Assembly (NCBI RefSeq): GCF_018977255.1
Contig: NW_024704743.1
Span: forward strand, 40,798,001 to 40,862,000
Length of the DNA stretch: 64,000 nt
Source: Callorhinchus milii
Lineage: Eukaryota
Direction of reading: 5' to 3'
The stretch's first letter is position 1, and the number at the start of each line of letters is the position of its first letter. A program made the translations under genes and the position numbers. This document shows positions 25,651-39,505 of the stretch, piece by piece. Under the pieces are notes generated by a model. The model saw nothing but the letters and a program-made list of their open reading frames with translations, searched no databases and was not told where the DNA came from.

Positions 25651-28429
25651 GTTATCGGGTTAACTGTACCAGTGTTGTAAGTAGTTGCTTGTGGCCAAGA
25701 CTTGTGGTAAACACCCAGTAAAATGCATGCTGATTTTCACAAGAACAATGGGTTAAAAATGGGGAGTTTCATATCTCCTTCATTAGAACATGACACATTT
25801 TCACCCCTATGTATAATTGAACATGAATGGGAGAACAATTGAAATTAAAATACAGAGGGAAATTTGCACTTTCCTAGTACCTCTGCAACAGTCAGCAAAT
25901 TCAGATTAATTATTGGACGTCAGTCCTCACAGGTTTCAAGAGACTCGTAACAAAAATGGACGTTTTGTAATTTGAAATTATGTGGCATAATAACGAGAAT
26001 ATAAATATTAGGATAATTCAGCTTGACATTGTTTTCGATATCATAATTGCAGAAGACAAGGTCACAGAATTTGAGAGGAAAGTATCTCATCCACCCATCC
26101 CTCCCCACCTGCATCAAGGGCTTTTTGTACAATTTTCAGGACTGTGCACATTGATAGGTAATAGTTATTTTAGAAACTGGGCTGAATTACACAGAAAAAC
26201 ATGAAGGTCAAGAGCAGGTTACCAGATTCATTTATTTCCAGTATTAGAGGCAGATCAAGTTCCAGATGATTAGTGGCCTTGTCATCTTTTCACTACTTTA
26301 GCTGTGCTCAAAGAAAGCTAAAAAAAATACTGTTATCAGGAAAAGAAAGCCTCATGGAAAGTGACCACAGAACCATCTAAAATAATTTATATAGTCGGCA
26401 TTCAACGCTAATTCCATGTACCACACAAAGGAAAGGAAACCTTGTTAATGATAGACTTAGGATGTTAGCTATCTCTGATTATATTCACAGACAAGTCAAA
26501 ACAGAAGGGATAAATGTCTTGTTTTATCTGATCACAGATGGCTGCTCAGAGAGGGTCCAGTGCTGTACATTATAGTGTTTTGAGGGGATTTGATACCACA
26601 AAATCCTCTGTTTCAGAGCTATCTGCTTTGCCTAGACTAAGTACATCAACTCTCACCTGAAGAAAAATAATGGATTTGAAGATGGGGATGGAGGAGGCTA
26701 GGTGGAGGAATTGAGGGCGCGAATTCCAGACCTTCGGGGCATAGTGACTTAAGGCATGGCCACCGATGGTGGAACGGAGGGGACGAAGGACAAACAGGAG
26801 GCCGGAGATAAGTAGAAATAACTGGAAATATTTATTATGATGGGACAAGGGTACCAATTCAGTGATTATTACGACAACAATTTATATTTACACAGCACTT
26901 CTCAATGTCAGGAAGACATACCAGCTGAGGAGAAGAAAAGAAACCATAAGCACATTTTTAAAGGTGTTGGAGAGGGAACAACAACAACAATAACAATAAC
27001 TTGAATTTATATAGCGCCCTCCTCACCGGATGGGGTCTCAGGAGGGAAGGAGCAGGACGGATGAAATCTGGGACGGATTTCTGGAAAATGAGGCCATAGC
27101 TGCTAAGGTGGAGTGGGCTGGTGATGGGATATAGGGTGAGTGCTAACTGGAGTGAATGACTGCGGTAGTAAGGTTGATGATGGTTGCACAGGGTAGAGTA
27201 AGGACATGGAGGTAAGTTGCAATATTGGTAAGAGGATTTGTAAATAGCCGTCTGCAACTCCATTTGGTCATCAGTCTTCTGTCGGGTGCAGGCAACGTTT
27301 ACAGACTGGTCTGACCTTCAATTTGTGGTGATCACAATCAAGCCTAAGATTGCTCTACCAAACATTAACCCCTTGAAAAAACAGAATTAGTAATTTGGTC
27401 ACTCAATCCATGACTGTTTGTGGGACACTGCTTTGCGCAATTGGCTGCCGCGTTTCACCCACAAAATGTCACGTCAATTCATTTGACAGTATTCTGTGAA
27501 GCGCTTAGAGACGTCTCGAATAATATATTATTATCATTGGGATAATTGGGAACGTCAATATAGATATTTCACCCTCATGATTTTAGATTTCACTGAGAGC
27601 TTGATGTGAAAGTGTTCCATTTCTTAGCTTTGATTTTCCCAAGAACAATTTTTAAATAATTTTGCAAGGTTCACAAATAGCTCAGCTGATACAAGAAATG
27701 TTCAGTATCTAAAAGTCATACAGAATAGGAACATTGCAGGTAGGATTCCTGGATTTTGTTGTATTTATTGGATCTCCTCTGCTGTCCCAGCAGAATTGCA
27801 GCAATCAGATATTGTGCCATTGATCTTGAGAGGAACAATTAGCCAAGGTTGGTGTTCATGTTGCTATTCTGCTGAAAAGTTTGTGATTTTACATGTGGAT
27901 GCTTCATACAGCTATATCTTCGCAGTTCAATAGCCTGTCAACACGTGTCATTTCAGCTCACATGTGAACAATAACAACAAATTACATCTGTATTGCACTT
28001 TTCACAGAAAAGACGTCCCAAGGCGCTGGAAAGTCAGCGATTTGCATCCGAGCAGGGGGTTGTCAAGTGAAGAATGATCACTTGACAAGAGGTAAGAAAT
28101 AGTCTCATAAAACCACTTCCAACAAGAGATCGACTTTTCAGGAACAAAGAGGAATAAAATTGTTGGGGGGTGGAGGTGAAGAGTGAATGTGGGAAAAACA
28201 GGGATTTGATAAATAATATTAAGGTCAACAAGAGATCAGTAGAGAATGAAATGTTCTTTATTATTAGGATGCCTTCCTGTAGATGTATTCAGCAATTTCA
28301 AAGTGTTCTATTGAAAATATGTCACCGAACTAACCTGCTAACTGAAGTATTCTGCACTATGATTTTGCCAATTCCCTCAAAGTTTCATAGCTTGTTCTGA
28401 GTTAAAAAAAATCCCTCCTCAACTTCCTC

Positions 28430-29070
28430 CATGGGCTGCTGAGCCCCTTATTTATGTCTTCATCATGTCAAGGTTTATTTATTTCAACACCCTGCTTACT
28501 GAATTCCCTAGGCCCTCCCTACACACACTGCAGACCATCCAGAACTCTGGAATCTGTATCCTCTCCCACATCAGGCTCTGTGAACCTACCATCCCCACCC
28601 TCGCACATCTCCATTGACTACCCATACCCCAGTGTGTAGAATTCAAGATCTTCGTCCTCATATTGAAATCCCTCCAAGGCCTCATCCACCCTACTTCTGT
28701 GACCTCCTGCATGACCCAGCCATTCCCTCTGCTCAGTAAATACTGGCCTGATGCATGTCGCTCGCTTGACTCCCACTACTATCGGTGGACAAACTTGCAG
28801 CCATTTTGGCACCGCTCTCTGGAACTCCATTTGGAAGTCCCTCCACCTCGTCTCCTTTCGCCATACATTTAAAGACCACCTCAAAACTTACATTTCTGTC
28901 TGCGCTTTCAGTCAACTTTCTTATTCCCCACCTCAGCTCTCTCACCCACCCAATGCCCGCCCCACCACCACACACACACAGACACAAACACAACTTGAGT
29001 GCTCACCCACCTTGGTGAGATGTATGAAATATCCTTCTGATGTGAAAGTTGGTATAGAAATGCATATTCT
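28430..29070 (+). mobile_element. Old L2 3' fragment
   Basis: gaattcaagatcttcgtcctca, ctctggaactcc, decayed tail. Confidence 0.7.
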
Positions 29071-30409
29071 ATTGTATAATCATTTGTAATCAATGTTTTG
29101 AACTGAATGCCCATTGTTTCCTGTTAGATTTTGCACTTTTTTGTGGTTGGTACTCACATTGTGTAATACAGCATGAGCATTTTTTCTGCAGCAGCTAATA
29201 TGGAATGGCATTACATTCCTAACCGCCAATATTCTTTCATTTTTAATTGACAAAATCGAGCTAAACTTTCAGAGGTTTTATTCGTGATTCATGCTGAACT
29301 CATAATCTGCTGTGGGACCAGAGTGTAATTCCCTTTCCTTTACTTCAATTGGATGGTACGTGATGGACATTGTTTAAGTTTATGTTCTGAGCTGCTGAAA
29401 ATAAAATTCAATAAAAATTCCTTTGGATCAAAGAACAGGCAAGGTTGACCCTTCTTTAGAGGGAGCAACACAATGAAATGGAAAATGTCGACAGAAGGAC
29501 TGTTGTTCAAATTAACTGTGTTTTCAATTTAACATGCCAAGCCTGAAATGTAGCTTTACATTTCGTACAGAAAGAAATAGGGGTAAAGGCAACAACAACA
29601 ACAACAACAGCAACAACAAGATTATAATAGATAAGAAAATGAACATGAATCATTATCTGCTTGGTAGTCTGTCTGCCGAGTGGATTTTCTATCATATAAT
29701 GACAAACAAGCTGAACAACACAGTCTATTATTGAACCACCTGACTAATGTTGTGTCTTGTTTTATTTCCACCATCTTTTCTCTGTCAGTTTTCAACTTCT
29801 TGAAATCTGCGTCCTTCAAAATCAATGTCGCTTACCATTTGTTCCATTCATCTCTGCCTTACATTGTCTTCCATCTCTCACACTCTCCGGCTAAGCCAGT
29901 GCCATTATCAAGACTGAACCTTTCATACTGCTATTTTGCTCCCTGCTTTCTGTCTGAATGTTTTCTCCTCTTAGCAGTGTTTTTTTTTACATTTCTACAG
30001 CAATGGAACAATGGGAACAGAAAAACAAAATAGAGAAATGATAATGTGAGAGAAATTATAAAAAACAGCAACTTGTTTTTATATAGAGCTCTTCATGTGG
30101 GATTTAGGAGAACTACCAATAATACCGAACTGCGGAGAACGGGAAGTTGACCGTAGGAACGGTCAAAGTGGAAAGACTTTAGGTGTGATCTGAAGATGAG
30201 GCAAAGAGGGGATAAGGTGGAGGGACTGAAGTAGGGAGTTCCAGAGCTTCCATGACTCCATTATCAACATCACTCATTCATACCGAAATGCATTTGTACG
30301 TAAAAAATCATATATGTATGACCTGAAATGTTCTCTAAACTGTAAAATAATATTTTTTACATTTCATATAGCACCTTATTGTGTCAACGAGCAATTTCAA
30401 GCAACAAAT

Positions 30410-30489
30410 CACAATGAACAATGATCTATATAAAAGGTCCATGTGTAAAAGCACTTGCACAGATGGGTTATTGATCATTGTTCATTGTG
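30410..30489. repeat. Inverted repeat/hairpin with perfect 17-bp arms
   Basis: cacaatgaacaatgatc (30410-30426) pairs with gatcattgttcattgtg (30473-30489); further inner pairing. Confidence 0.85.
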
Positions 30490-30594
30490 TTAATGTCCAC
30501 TGTTATTCTTTATAAATGGATGGAAATAAGCAACCTTTCCTAACAGATTCAATGTACATCAATTCTCTGATGAAAACAGCAGTTTTATCCCATA

Positions 30595-30841
30595 GGGTAA
30601 AGTTTGCAATGTTTCATAATGAGTGCCTTGTCACATTAATAAATTGTTCTAATTAACACAAGGAACATGTTAAGGAATGTCACTAGCTTCATCCTTAACT
30701 TCACATATGGCGAGTTGCACCTGATTGACAGGCTGCTTATTTTTGGTTTCAAGTTAAGGATGAGGTTTGTAGGATTCCTTAACATGTTCATTGTGTTAAT
30801 TAAAATGAGGGACATGTCATGAGGTGCTGTAATCTTTACCC
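30595..30841. mobile_element. Palindromic MITE-like element (~250 bp)
   Basis: Termini GGGTAAAG..CTTTACCC. 27/28 arms at 30651-30678 and 30774-30801. Inner tcatccttaactt / aagttaaggatga. Confidence 0.7.
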
Positions 30842-32449
30842 CGTTGTCCTCACTGAATATTTTCATATGCAAAGAATTCCACTTAAAATGCATTTAAAAT
30901 GCAATCAAAGGAACATTGTATGAGCCTATTAGTTCTACTATGTTAACAAGATATTCTGCTCACACAAATACACATGAATAGTTTAGTACCCCAGTGAACA
31001 ACCGTTTACATTTTAATACAACTTTGGTTTTAATCATAATGCACGTCACCAGAAACATTGCCAAGACTTGACAGACTAACTTTCAGTTGTTAAATGTCTT
31101 TCTTCACTTTCCTTTTGTTTTGTTTTTTTGCGGGGGGATGAGTAGAGAACATTTTTACATAATGTTACTGTTGCAACCCAATAACTGGATAAGCAGTATC
31201 AGTTTTCCTTTCAGATTTGCAGAACTTCACATTAACATTGTTATGCACGATAGCTTTATGCAATTTAAACCAACAAAATGTTCATTTTAATAGCCTGGGG
31301 TGCTTCCATTGCAAAACAGATTGTCAAATTACTGGTAGTTCAGGGTTATTCAGTACATTTATCATCCCATTTGTAGCAGTTTGCATAAGAAAACACAGCA
31401 TCTGTAGTGAGTTATTGCTATACATGTCCAAGCTATATTGAGGAATCATTTTTAAAAGAGTAAAAAAAAATCAGAATTTGTTGCTAAATGAATTTTGGAG
31501 ACACTTTAAACAATTATTCCTTGCATGCTGTGCAAATTTGTCCAACAAAATTATATTTCGTTAGACTATAATCTCCCAGGCACAATGGAGTTGACTATTA
31601 TTGATGCCAAAGTAAACTATATCACAGCATTTTCATGTAGGTTTTCTCTGCCTGATGTGCATGATAAGAGGCATTTATATTTCGCATTTACTAATGAGAG
31701 TGGGATTTGAAGCATGCTGAACAGGGAACACACTAATTTACAAAGAATGGGAAAGAGATGAACCAGACACTGAAGGCTGGTGAGTCTGACAACTGCTGTA
31801 GGGAAAGCATTGGAGTCAATCCCAAAGTAAGGAATAATGAAGCAACTAGAGAAATGGAAGAGTGAAACATGTGATGTGATAATTGTCACCAATGATAATT
31901 TTCCAATTACATATTCAAATTCCTTATTAAGGAAATTCAATTCAGAAATACCACAGATTAGATCCTGTTTCAATATACCTGAGAAGTCAGTAGGCTAACA
32001 TTATTCACATTGATAATAAAAATCTCAATATGTAAGATTTATTTTCTTTGGGGGAGGTGGGGTGTCTCTAAATTAAAAATAGATGGAGATGTAAATCAAC
32101 CCTGCTACAACATAAGAGAAACTAAAACAATGCTATAATCTTTGACAGACATGTATACACAATGGCATTTCCTTTCTGCTGAAATGTATACCAAGGTGCT
32201 AACAAAGCAAGTCAAATTATACTTAGTGTACTTTTCAATTATCCACACCATCCCCGAATTGTAAATCAATGTTTCTTCAACATACTCAGTAATACTTTGA
32301 CATATAGTTAAAATAATGGGCAAATGGCTTAAAATTATGTGCTGGAAATAGCCAAGTTCTTATTCAACTTGGAAACATCTTACAGAGTTGTGTACATTAA
32401 CTCTAGAAAAAAAGACATAATTAGAGGAAACGTATAAATCAATACAAAC

Positions 32450-32700
32450 AATACAAAATTACATTTGTAAAGCGCCTTCCATGTTGGGAGGATGTCCCAG
32501 GACGCTGAACAGTCAGGGATTAGGACCCGATTGGGGGTGGGGGAAGGGGGGGGTTGGTGTTGCGCGGGTTGGGATCAGGGAGGGTGGCTGAAGGCATGGT
32601 CAAAGAGGTGCGTCTTGAAGGAGGCAAGGGAGGGATTGAGGCGAAGTGAATGTGGGATGGAGTTCCAGTAGGTGGGGCAGAAAGTTTGAAGGCCTGACCT
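32450..32700 (-). mobile_element. L2 3' end
   Basis: aaaattacatttgtaaagcgccttccatgttgggaggatgtcccagg. Confidence 0.8.
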
Positions 32701-33574
32701 TGCACAAATTGGCTGCCGATTTGCCTACAAAATGTACAGCCACTGCATTTTATTATATTTGCTTGGTCTTGAAACACGCAATGCCAAATACAAGCAAGAT
32801 TATCAGAATATTTTGAACAACCTGCAGAAAGCCAACAATATACTTCTTTTATGGGTTCCCATGACTGAACTATGATTTACTGCAGACAAAATCTCTGTCA
32901 GAAGCTCTGAGTTACTATTAGTGAATCTGGTCACGAACTGCTGCTTTTTTTGACCCCAATCACTGTAGCTTAGTTCTTTATTCTCAACCGTACGTGAAAA
33001 GTAGTCTTCAATTGAATAAAATGGTTTTATGGTTGTAAAAATATGTCCCAGTGAGGTTAGTGAACTAAGCATCCATGCAGCACTTTGCTAATACCTTGGT
33101 TTATTAAGTTGTGTTTTCTGTTCTAAATAACACTTATGTACTCTGGGATAATATAAGAATCAATTGCTCACAATATTGTAAAAATGTACTTGTATGGTAT
33201 ATCACCAGATCAAACATGAAAATCCAACTTCAGCTTTTATTACCAGTTATTATTGAATTGCAGAAAATGATTATTGAATTTATATTCATGCAAATTCTCT
33301 ATGAAGGATTATTGCCTAATTGACCAAAGTGTTTCAAATGTGTGAAGAATAAGAAAGTAGCTTCCAATTATCATCGATGATTAAAATCTAGACACTACAC
33401 ATGTAGTCACATAATGAATTTGAATTCAGTGAGAAAACTCAGAAAATCTGCACATTTAATGGTGTCTTTAATATAATTTTAGTTTTCTAAGGCTTTGAAT
33501 CTATTTACAAGCTGACGTTCAGATGGACATTTCTCAGCTGGCTGTAGGGAGAGGCTGCATCTTTTATTCCTGTA

Positions 33575-33676
33575 GAGTCCTTAGTGGTGAGAGCACTTGC
33601 CTCGCAAGCAAGGATCCTGGGTTCAATTGCTGGCAGGGCGAAATGTTGGACAAGTTTCCTTACTCCACACGCCTCA
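33575..33676 (+). mobile_element. 3'-truncated tRNA-SINE head
   Basis: gagtccttagtggtgagagcac..ggttcaattgc..caagtttccttactccacacgcctc. Confidence 0.75.
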
Positions 33677-33877
33677 GAATGGCTGAATAACCATAATATT
33701 GTCATAACAGAGCAAGCTTCAACAAAAAGAGAGAGAAAGTGATTGAACAGTGAGATCACCTATCAAAGCACAAGTGTATTTGAGCCAGTACAAGTCAAGC
33801 ACTAGAAAAACATCCCCAGCTTTGAATATTGAAAGACCATTTTTGTTTGCCAATTTTGGGTCTCAACCTAGTTTAAT

Positions 33878-34540
33878 TAGTGGCAATCTCACTTCTGAGT
33901 GAGAAGATTGTGGGTTCAAGCCTCCCATTACGACTTTGAATGTATTGACTAGACTGACACCATTTATAATAAAAATAAATATCCTTGTATTTGCACGTCT
34001 TTGAGATAAATAATAAATAATCCTTGCATTTGATATAGAGCCTTATCACGTCTTCAAGATGTCTCAAAGCGCTTCACAGAATATACCGCAAAGTGAATTG
34101 ACTGCATATTTTGTGGGCGAAACAAAATGCATTTGAATGTTGGGGGAAGCACTGCATTGTTGGAGGTACCGTACTTGAGATGAAACATTAAATTGAGGTC
34201 TCATTTGGCTGATCAGGTGGACAGTAAATATCCCATGACACTGCTCAGAAAAAAGTAAGACGTTGCTCCCCATGTCCTGAGAACAGTGCCTGCATAAAGT
34301 TAATCTTTCACTTTGTGGCTATTTATGGGACCCTACACCCTGGGACATCCTCCCAACATGAAAGTCGCTCCCCAAATGCAATTCGTTGTTGTTATCGTGG
34401 GATATTGCAGGGTGCATAACTTGCATGATTCGCCTACAATTGTTCTGTCACTACATTCTATAGTAAATCCAGTTAATTGCTCTGAGACGTTTTTGAAACA
34501 TGATAAGGTGCTAGATCAAATTCATCAAAGGGTTATTATT
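33878..34540 (+). mobile_element. Deu-type SINE with nested SINE and L2 tails
   Basis: Head at 33878-33960, minus-strand SINE tail at ~33966-34125, Deu-like ggaggtaccgtacttgagatgaaacattaaattgagg..tcaggtggac..atcccatgacact. Confidence 0.7.
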
Positions 34541-35799
34541 ATTTTATTTATTTATCCACTAAATTTTCTCTCCTCTCCTTAAGATGATGGGAACTATATG
34601 ATAAATAATGATTTGTTATTATATTATTATGCTAATAGTCACTTGGATAAGGTGCCAGAGGTGGCAGATGCCTGTGTGAATAAAGAGAACTAAACAAAAT
34701 AGAAATGTCAAAATGTGGATGTTGTTGAACTATATCAACCAGTTTCACAGGTAATTGGCAAGTGTTGTAACTGTGCATTGATAAACAAAGGCAGCGACTA
34801 ATTTGTTCATTGGAGGGTCCCACAAAGAGCCATGAAGTGAATTATCAATTAATCTGAAGGCCTGTTTGTCAGTACTTGGAGAAATTCTTCCTTCTTTTCT
34901 AATAGTGTCATGGAATCATGAGTCCAGAATGCATATTTCCTAACAGTAAAATGTTGCGACCTGTAGGTTCGTAAGTATCACTCGCCAGCTCAGTGACTGC
35001 AGCAACCAGCTTTTGGGTGGAACCAATTGCATGATCGTTGAGGAGAGGGAGTCGGGATAGAAAAGGTAATTTTCTCTCAGGCATTTATTTACTGAGCGAT
35101 CTCCAGGAACAGAATTCTCATGACATGCTAATTATCGCATCACACACCGCATTTCTCATTCCAAGATTGTGATCGTCCTATTGAAGGGCATGGAGACCAA
35201 GACTAAATCCTATTTTAATTTAACAAATCTGGTAAATTAAGACTTCTCATCAGATGAGTCACCCGAGCTGTGCAGTAGTAATGCAGAAGGATAGTTAATG
35301 ATGACCCAGGTAAAGAACAGAATGCCATTCTGCCATTCGTCTGTGAAATATAAATTTCACTGCTGTGGTAATGGGATTAAGTGGGAATTCAATCAAGTTT
35401 ATCAATGATAGAGGAGCTGTCAGAACAGTTGACCTATCAATGAGAAAAACATTTGGAAGAAGAAGTGACTTTCACAAAAGAATAAACAGTTGAACAGGGA
35501 GATTGCTGAAATGAAACTGCAGCATAAAAGAAGTAAAAAAATTACAGCACAGAGAAGCCAAAGGGCAGTCAAGAAATAATTTACATGACCTGTAAAAATG
35601 ATTGTACAAATGTTCAGTCCAAGCGGCAAGGACAATGTGAACTCCATGTCAGTCTACTACTGAAATCGCTAAATAATATAAAACTGTTCACTGTCTCATA
35701 TACCCACATATAAATATGATTACACCAATACCAATAGGATCCTACATGCTTTCGAACACCATACATGGCCACAATTTGTTTGACAACATACATAAAAGA

Positions 35800-35875
35800 A
35801 CCAACCAAACAAACAAACAAAGAAATCAATCAATCCATCAATCAACTGATCAATCAACCAATCAATCAATCAACC
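35800..35875. repeat. Tetranucleotide microsatellite (CAAA/CAAT/CAAC)n
   Basis: ccaaccaaacaaacaaacaa..atcaatcaatccatcaatcaac. Confidence 0.85.
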
Positions 35876-36134
35876 AGCTCTATTCATAAATATATGGAGA
35901 CATTTATTAAGAACTTCCCCATTGTTGAAAAAACAATGATGCAAAGTGTGTTCTGTAGATAAATCTGTAGCATTCAGTTCTAATGATGCTTTCCATATTT
36001 TTGTGGAGGAGGATAGCATGTACACACGGTGATTAATCTAATTAAGGAAAGGTCTTAAATAGCACAACTGCTGTCCACTTACATGGTGATTGGTCGAAAA
36101 AGCATCTCCACTGCCACTTCTACTTGGTGCTGTA

Positions 36135-37960
36135 GGAGGCAAGGGAGGGGGTGGGACTGTGGGATGGAGTTCCAGAGTGTGGGTCAGAGTAGTAGAAGGC
36201 CCACCCACCAATAGTGAGGTGATCGAGGCGGGGGACATGAAGCAGGCCAGAGCCCGCTGAGTGGAGGGAGAGGGCAGGATGGGAATGGGTTAGGATGTCG
36301 CAGAGGTAGGTGGGAGCAAGACCATGGAAGGCCAGGTGAGGACCAGGATCTTAAACTGTATCCTATGTGTAATGGGAAGCCAGTGGAGTCGGATGAGGAT
36401 GGGGTTGATAGGGTTACGGAGTCCAGTTCGAGAGAGGACACGGGCTGCAGAGTTCTGGATGATCTGCAGCCTATTGAGGAGGAGTCAGGGAGGCCGACAA
36501 ACAATGAGTTTGCATAGTGAAGCCTCAATGTAATGAAAGCATGTTTGAGGGTTCCGTCGGCCTGCTGTGCGAGACAGTGTCGGAGCCGGGCGATGTTGCG
36601 GAGGTTTGGGAAGGCAGAGCAGGTCATGGCGCAGATATGGGGTAGAAAGGATAGTTGAGGGTAAAACAAGATGCCAAGTTTATGGACTGGCTTAGTAAGG
36701 TGGAGTGTGCAACCATGGATGGTGATGCTGTCAGCGCCTGAGGTGTGGAGGCGCTGACGGGAGCCAACCAGGAGAGCCTCAGTCTTGTTGATTTTCAACT
36801 GAAGAAAGTTAGCTCTCATCCAGGACTTGATGTCTGACAGACATTCTGCCAGAACAGGAGTGGTCCTGGAGTCAAGGGTGGAGGCAGAGATGGGTGTCAT
36901 CCGCATACAAGGGTAGCATATCAATATTGGAGGGGAGGGGACCAAGGACAAAGCCCTGAGGAATGCTACACAGGATGGTGCGGGGGCTAGAGGAGAAGCC
37001 ATTTGTGGAGATGAGGTAGAGACGGTGTGAGAGGTACAATCTGAACCAGTCAAGGACAGAGCTGTGAAGTTTGAGGTGAGAGGAGAGGCGGTGGAGAAGG
37101 ATAGAGTGGTCAACGGTGTTGAAGGCAGCGGAGAGGTTAAGGAGGACGAGGGAGGCAGTGGGAGGCCTGGTCGCAGATGGACAGAATGTCATTTGTTACT
37201 TTGACCACTTGGAGTCCTGTAGCTCAGTGGTTAGAGCACTCGCTTTGCAAACGAGAGACCTGAGTTCAATTCCAGGCAGGGCTAAACCTTGGGCAAGTTT
37301 CCTTACTCCACACAGAGCCTAATAATAATCCCTCCAAAAAACAAAAAACAATAATAAAATTGGTCATTTTTCAATCCATGACTGTTTGTGGGACATTGCT
37401 GTGCGCAATTGGCTGCCGCGTTCGCCCACAAATATACAGTCAATTCACTTTACAGTGTGTTCTGTGAAGCCCTTTGGGACGTCCTCCCGACGTGAAAAGC
37501 GCTATGTCAAATGCAAGGATTATTATTATTATTAGCTGTTTCTGTGCTGTGAGTGGCACACAAACCCGATTGGAGTGGTTCCTGAAGGAAGTGATATGAG
37601 AGGAAGGATCGAAGCTGGAAAGCAACAACTCTTTCCAGGACCTTGGAGAGGAAAAGGAGATTGGAAATGGGATGGTAGTTTGGGGATAGAGCTGGGTCTA
37701 GGGAGGGTTGTTTAATGATAGGAGTGATGATGGTGGTTTTTTATTGGGGTGGGAACAGTACCAGAGGACAGGGAGAGGTTTACAATGTCAGTGAGTAGAG
37801 GGGCAAGGAAGTGGAGCTGGAAGGCAAGGAGAGGGATAGCGATGGGGTCGGTTTCATGCAGGTTATTGTGGTGATGAGAGAGGAGGGGGAAACCGGTTTG
37901 GAGGGAGGGAGGGATGGATAGGTGCTGGGGTAAGAAGGGTAGATGGGGAGTGGGTAGCAG
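36135..37960 (-). mobile_element. L2 LINE fragment with RT, interrupted by a SINE
   Basis: ORFs 36872-37192 (LLNLSAAFNTVDHSILLHRL..PQGFVLGP..YADDT) and 36184-37113 (CLSDIKSWMRANFLQL). Confidence 0.92.
37211..37534 (+). mobile_element. Young tRNA(Ala-like) SINE, short variant with L2-type loop
   Basis: ggagtcctgtagctcagtggttagagcactcgctTTGCAAacg..; tail gggacgtcctcccgacgtgaaaagcgc(TTA)n; inserted into the L2. Confidence 0.95.
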
Positions 37961-39423
37961 ATGGAATGGCAGAAGCAGCAGAGTCTATTGCAAAGAGAGT
38001 TATTTTCTTTGTGACACCGAGTCAATGTTAAAGCTACTGACACTCTGAAAATAGGTTCTCATAACTGGAATGGAAAGCTATTAATATCATGTTGGACATA
38101 TTGGTCTCAAATCACAGTCTGCCGAGGATGGCAAAATACATTAGAATTGAAGTAAATAGTCTTAGCAGAATCTGCTGCAGGTAGAATATCATTATCTCAA
38201 AGTTCTTGTTGAGGTGAAAAGGTCATTATGAAATCTCAGCATCATGTGAGCTCTATTATATTCCTCTACTGGAACAAGTAACCATGGAACTTTTTAGAGT
38301 TTGAGAAATGCACTGCTGAGGTTATGCTTCACAGAATATCAATTACATGAATAGTTTGTTTTAGATCTTCCTCCGTTCATTTTGACAAAGGAATATAGGA
38401 ACATTTTTGTGGATTATGGTTTACCAGCAAACAAAGTATCCCAACTACTTTCTGATGAACTTTGGAGGTCTGAGATATTCAGTCAAACCAATTTATTGTG
38501 TTCCAGGAAATTGACATGAGGAATAACTGATATTTTAAATTTGGGATCAACTGGTGTTGGCCCAGTATTTCTCAATCAAGGCTCCTTTTCAGGGCAGTCG
38601 GATACATGACTAAAAGGACACTTGGATAACTAATGTAGTTGAAGATTACATTCTTTTTGTGATGGATTCACTGACCGGTGTAACTCAGGTACTATTATTC
38701 TCATTGAAAACATGCCCTGGTCACCATATAATGAAAAAATCCTGCAGCTTGGTCGAAGAGAGAAGCAAATAACCTGATCACTAGTGAATGAGTATTAAAG
38801 AAAGTCTAAAACAAAAACTAATTCTGGTCTGTTGCTTGGGGAGAAGGAACTTGGGTAAAGTTGTAACATGTTTGTTTCTTTAGAAAAAATGAATAAATGA
38901 ATCATTACCCAAATAAGGTGCTGCATGAGAGCCTGACCAGACTGCAGGTTCATTAACTTTGTAAAGAAAATATCCAGCTCATGTAGCTCCTGAGAGAATG
39001 GCTTCTTTACCTCCTGATCTTCAACACAAACATTGGGCTAAGAAGTGGGTTCCTACCTGTAAGATTCATCAGCTTTGAGATCTCTGCTGAATTCTGCCAA
39101 GCAAGTTGCATTTCTCCACTTGTCAAATTTGTCAAATTCCACTTGAAATTTTAATGACATAAACCTTTATGTTATATTTGCTCTGGGATGCTACACCGTG
39201 TGAAAGGCACTGTATAAATATGCTGTTGTTTTATATTATATGTTTCAAATGAAAGTAAAGAAGAATTTGCTCTAAATAGAGAGCGCAATTGTTGGCAAAT
39301 TGGCGGGAGTGTGTGCATGGGGGAGAAAAACATAGTTTTTATGCTGTGAAGCTAAAGTGAGTTATATTCAGCATTCTGTTCACATGCTGCTTGTTACAAA
39401 ATTGAGAAGAATATCACGTGTTT

Positions 39424-39505
39424 CTGACCCAACTGTCCAGCGCCTTGGGACTTCCTCCCGACGTGAAAGGCGCTCTATAAATGGAATCTTGTTGTTGTTG
39501 TTGTG
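39424..39505 (+). mobile_element. L2 3' tail
   Basis: Stem-loop plus (TTG)n. Confidence 0.85.

Noticed and set aside
37211..37285. Possible tRNA-Ala gene (also at 7920, 10054, 10860, 17910, 33575, 46249)
   Set aside because: No proper acceptor stem and each continues into a SINE body; these are SINE heads.
38050..39100. Possible decayed Gypsy pol region
   Set aside because: Only a couple of short suggestive words, many stops and no LTRs; cannot be supported.
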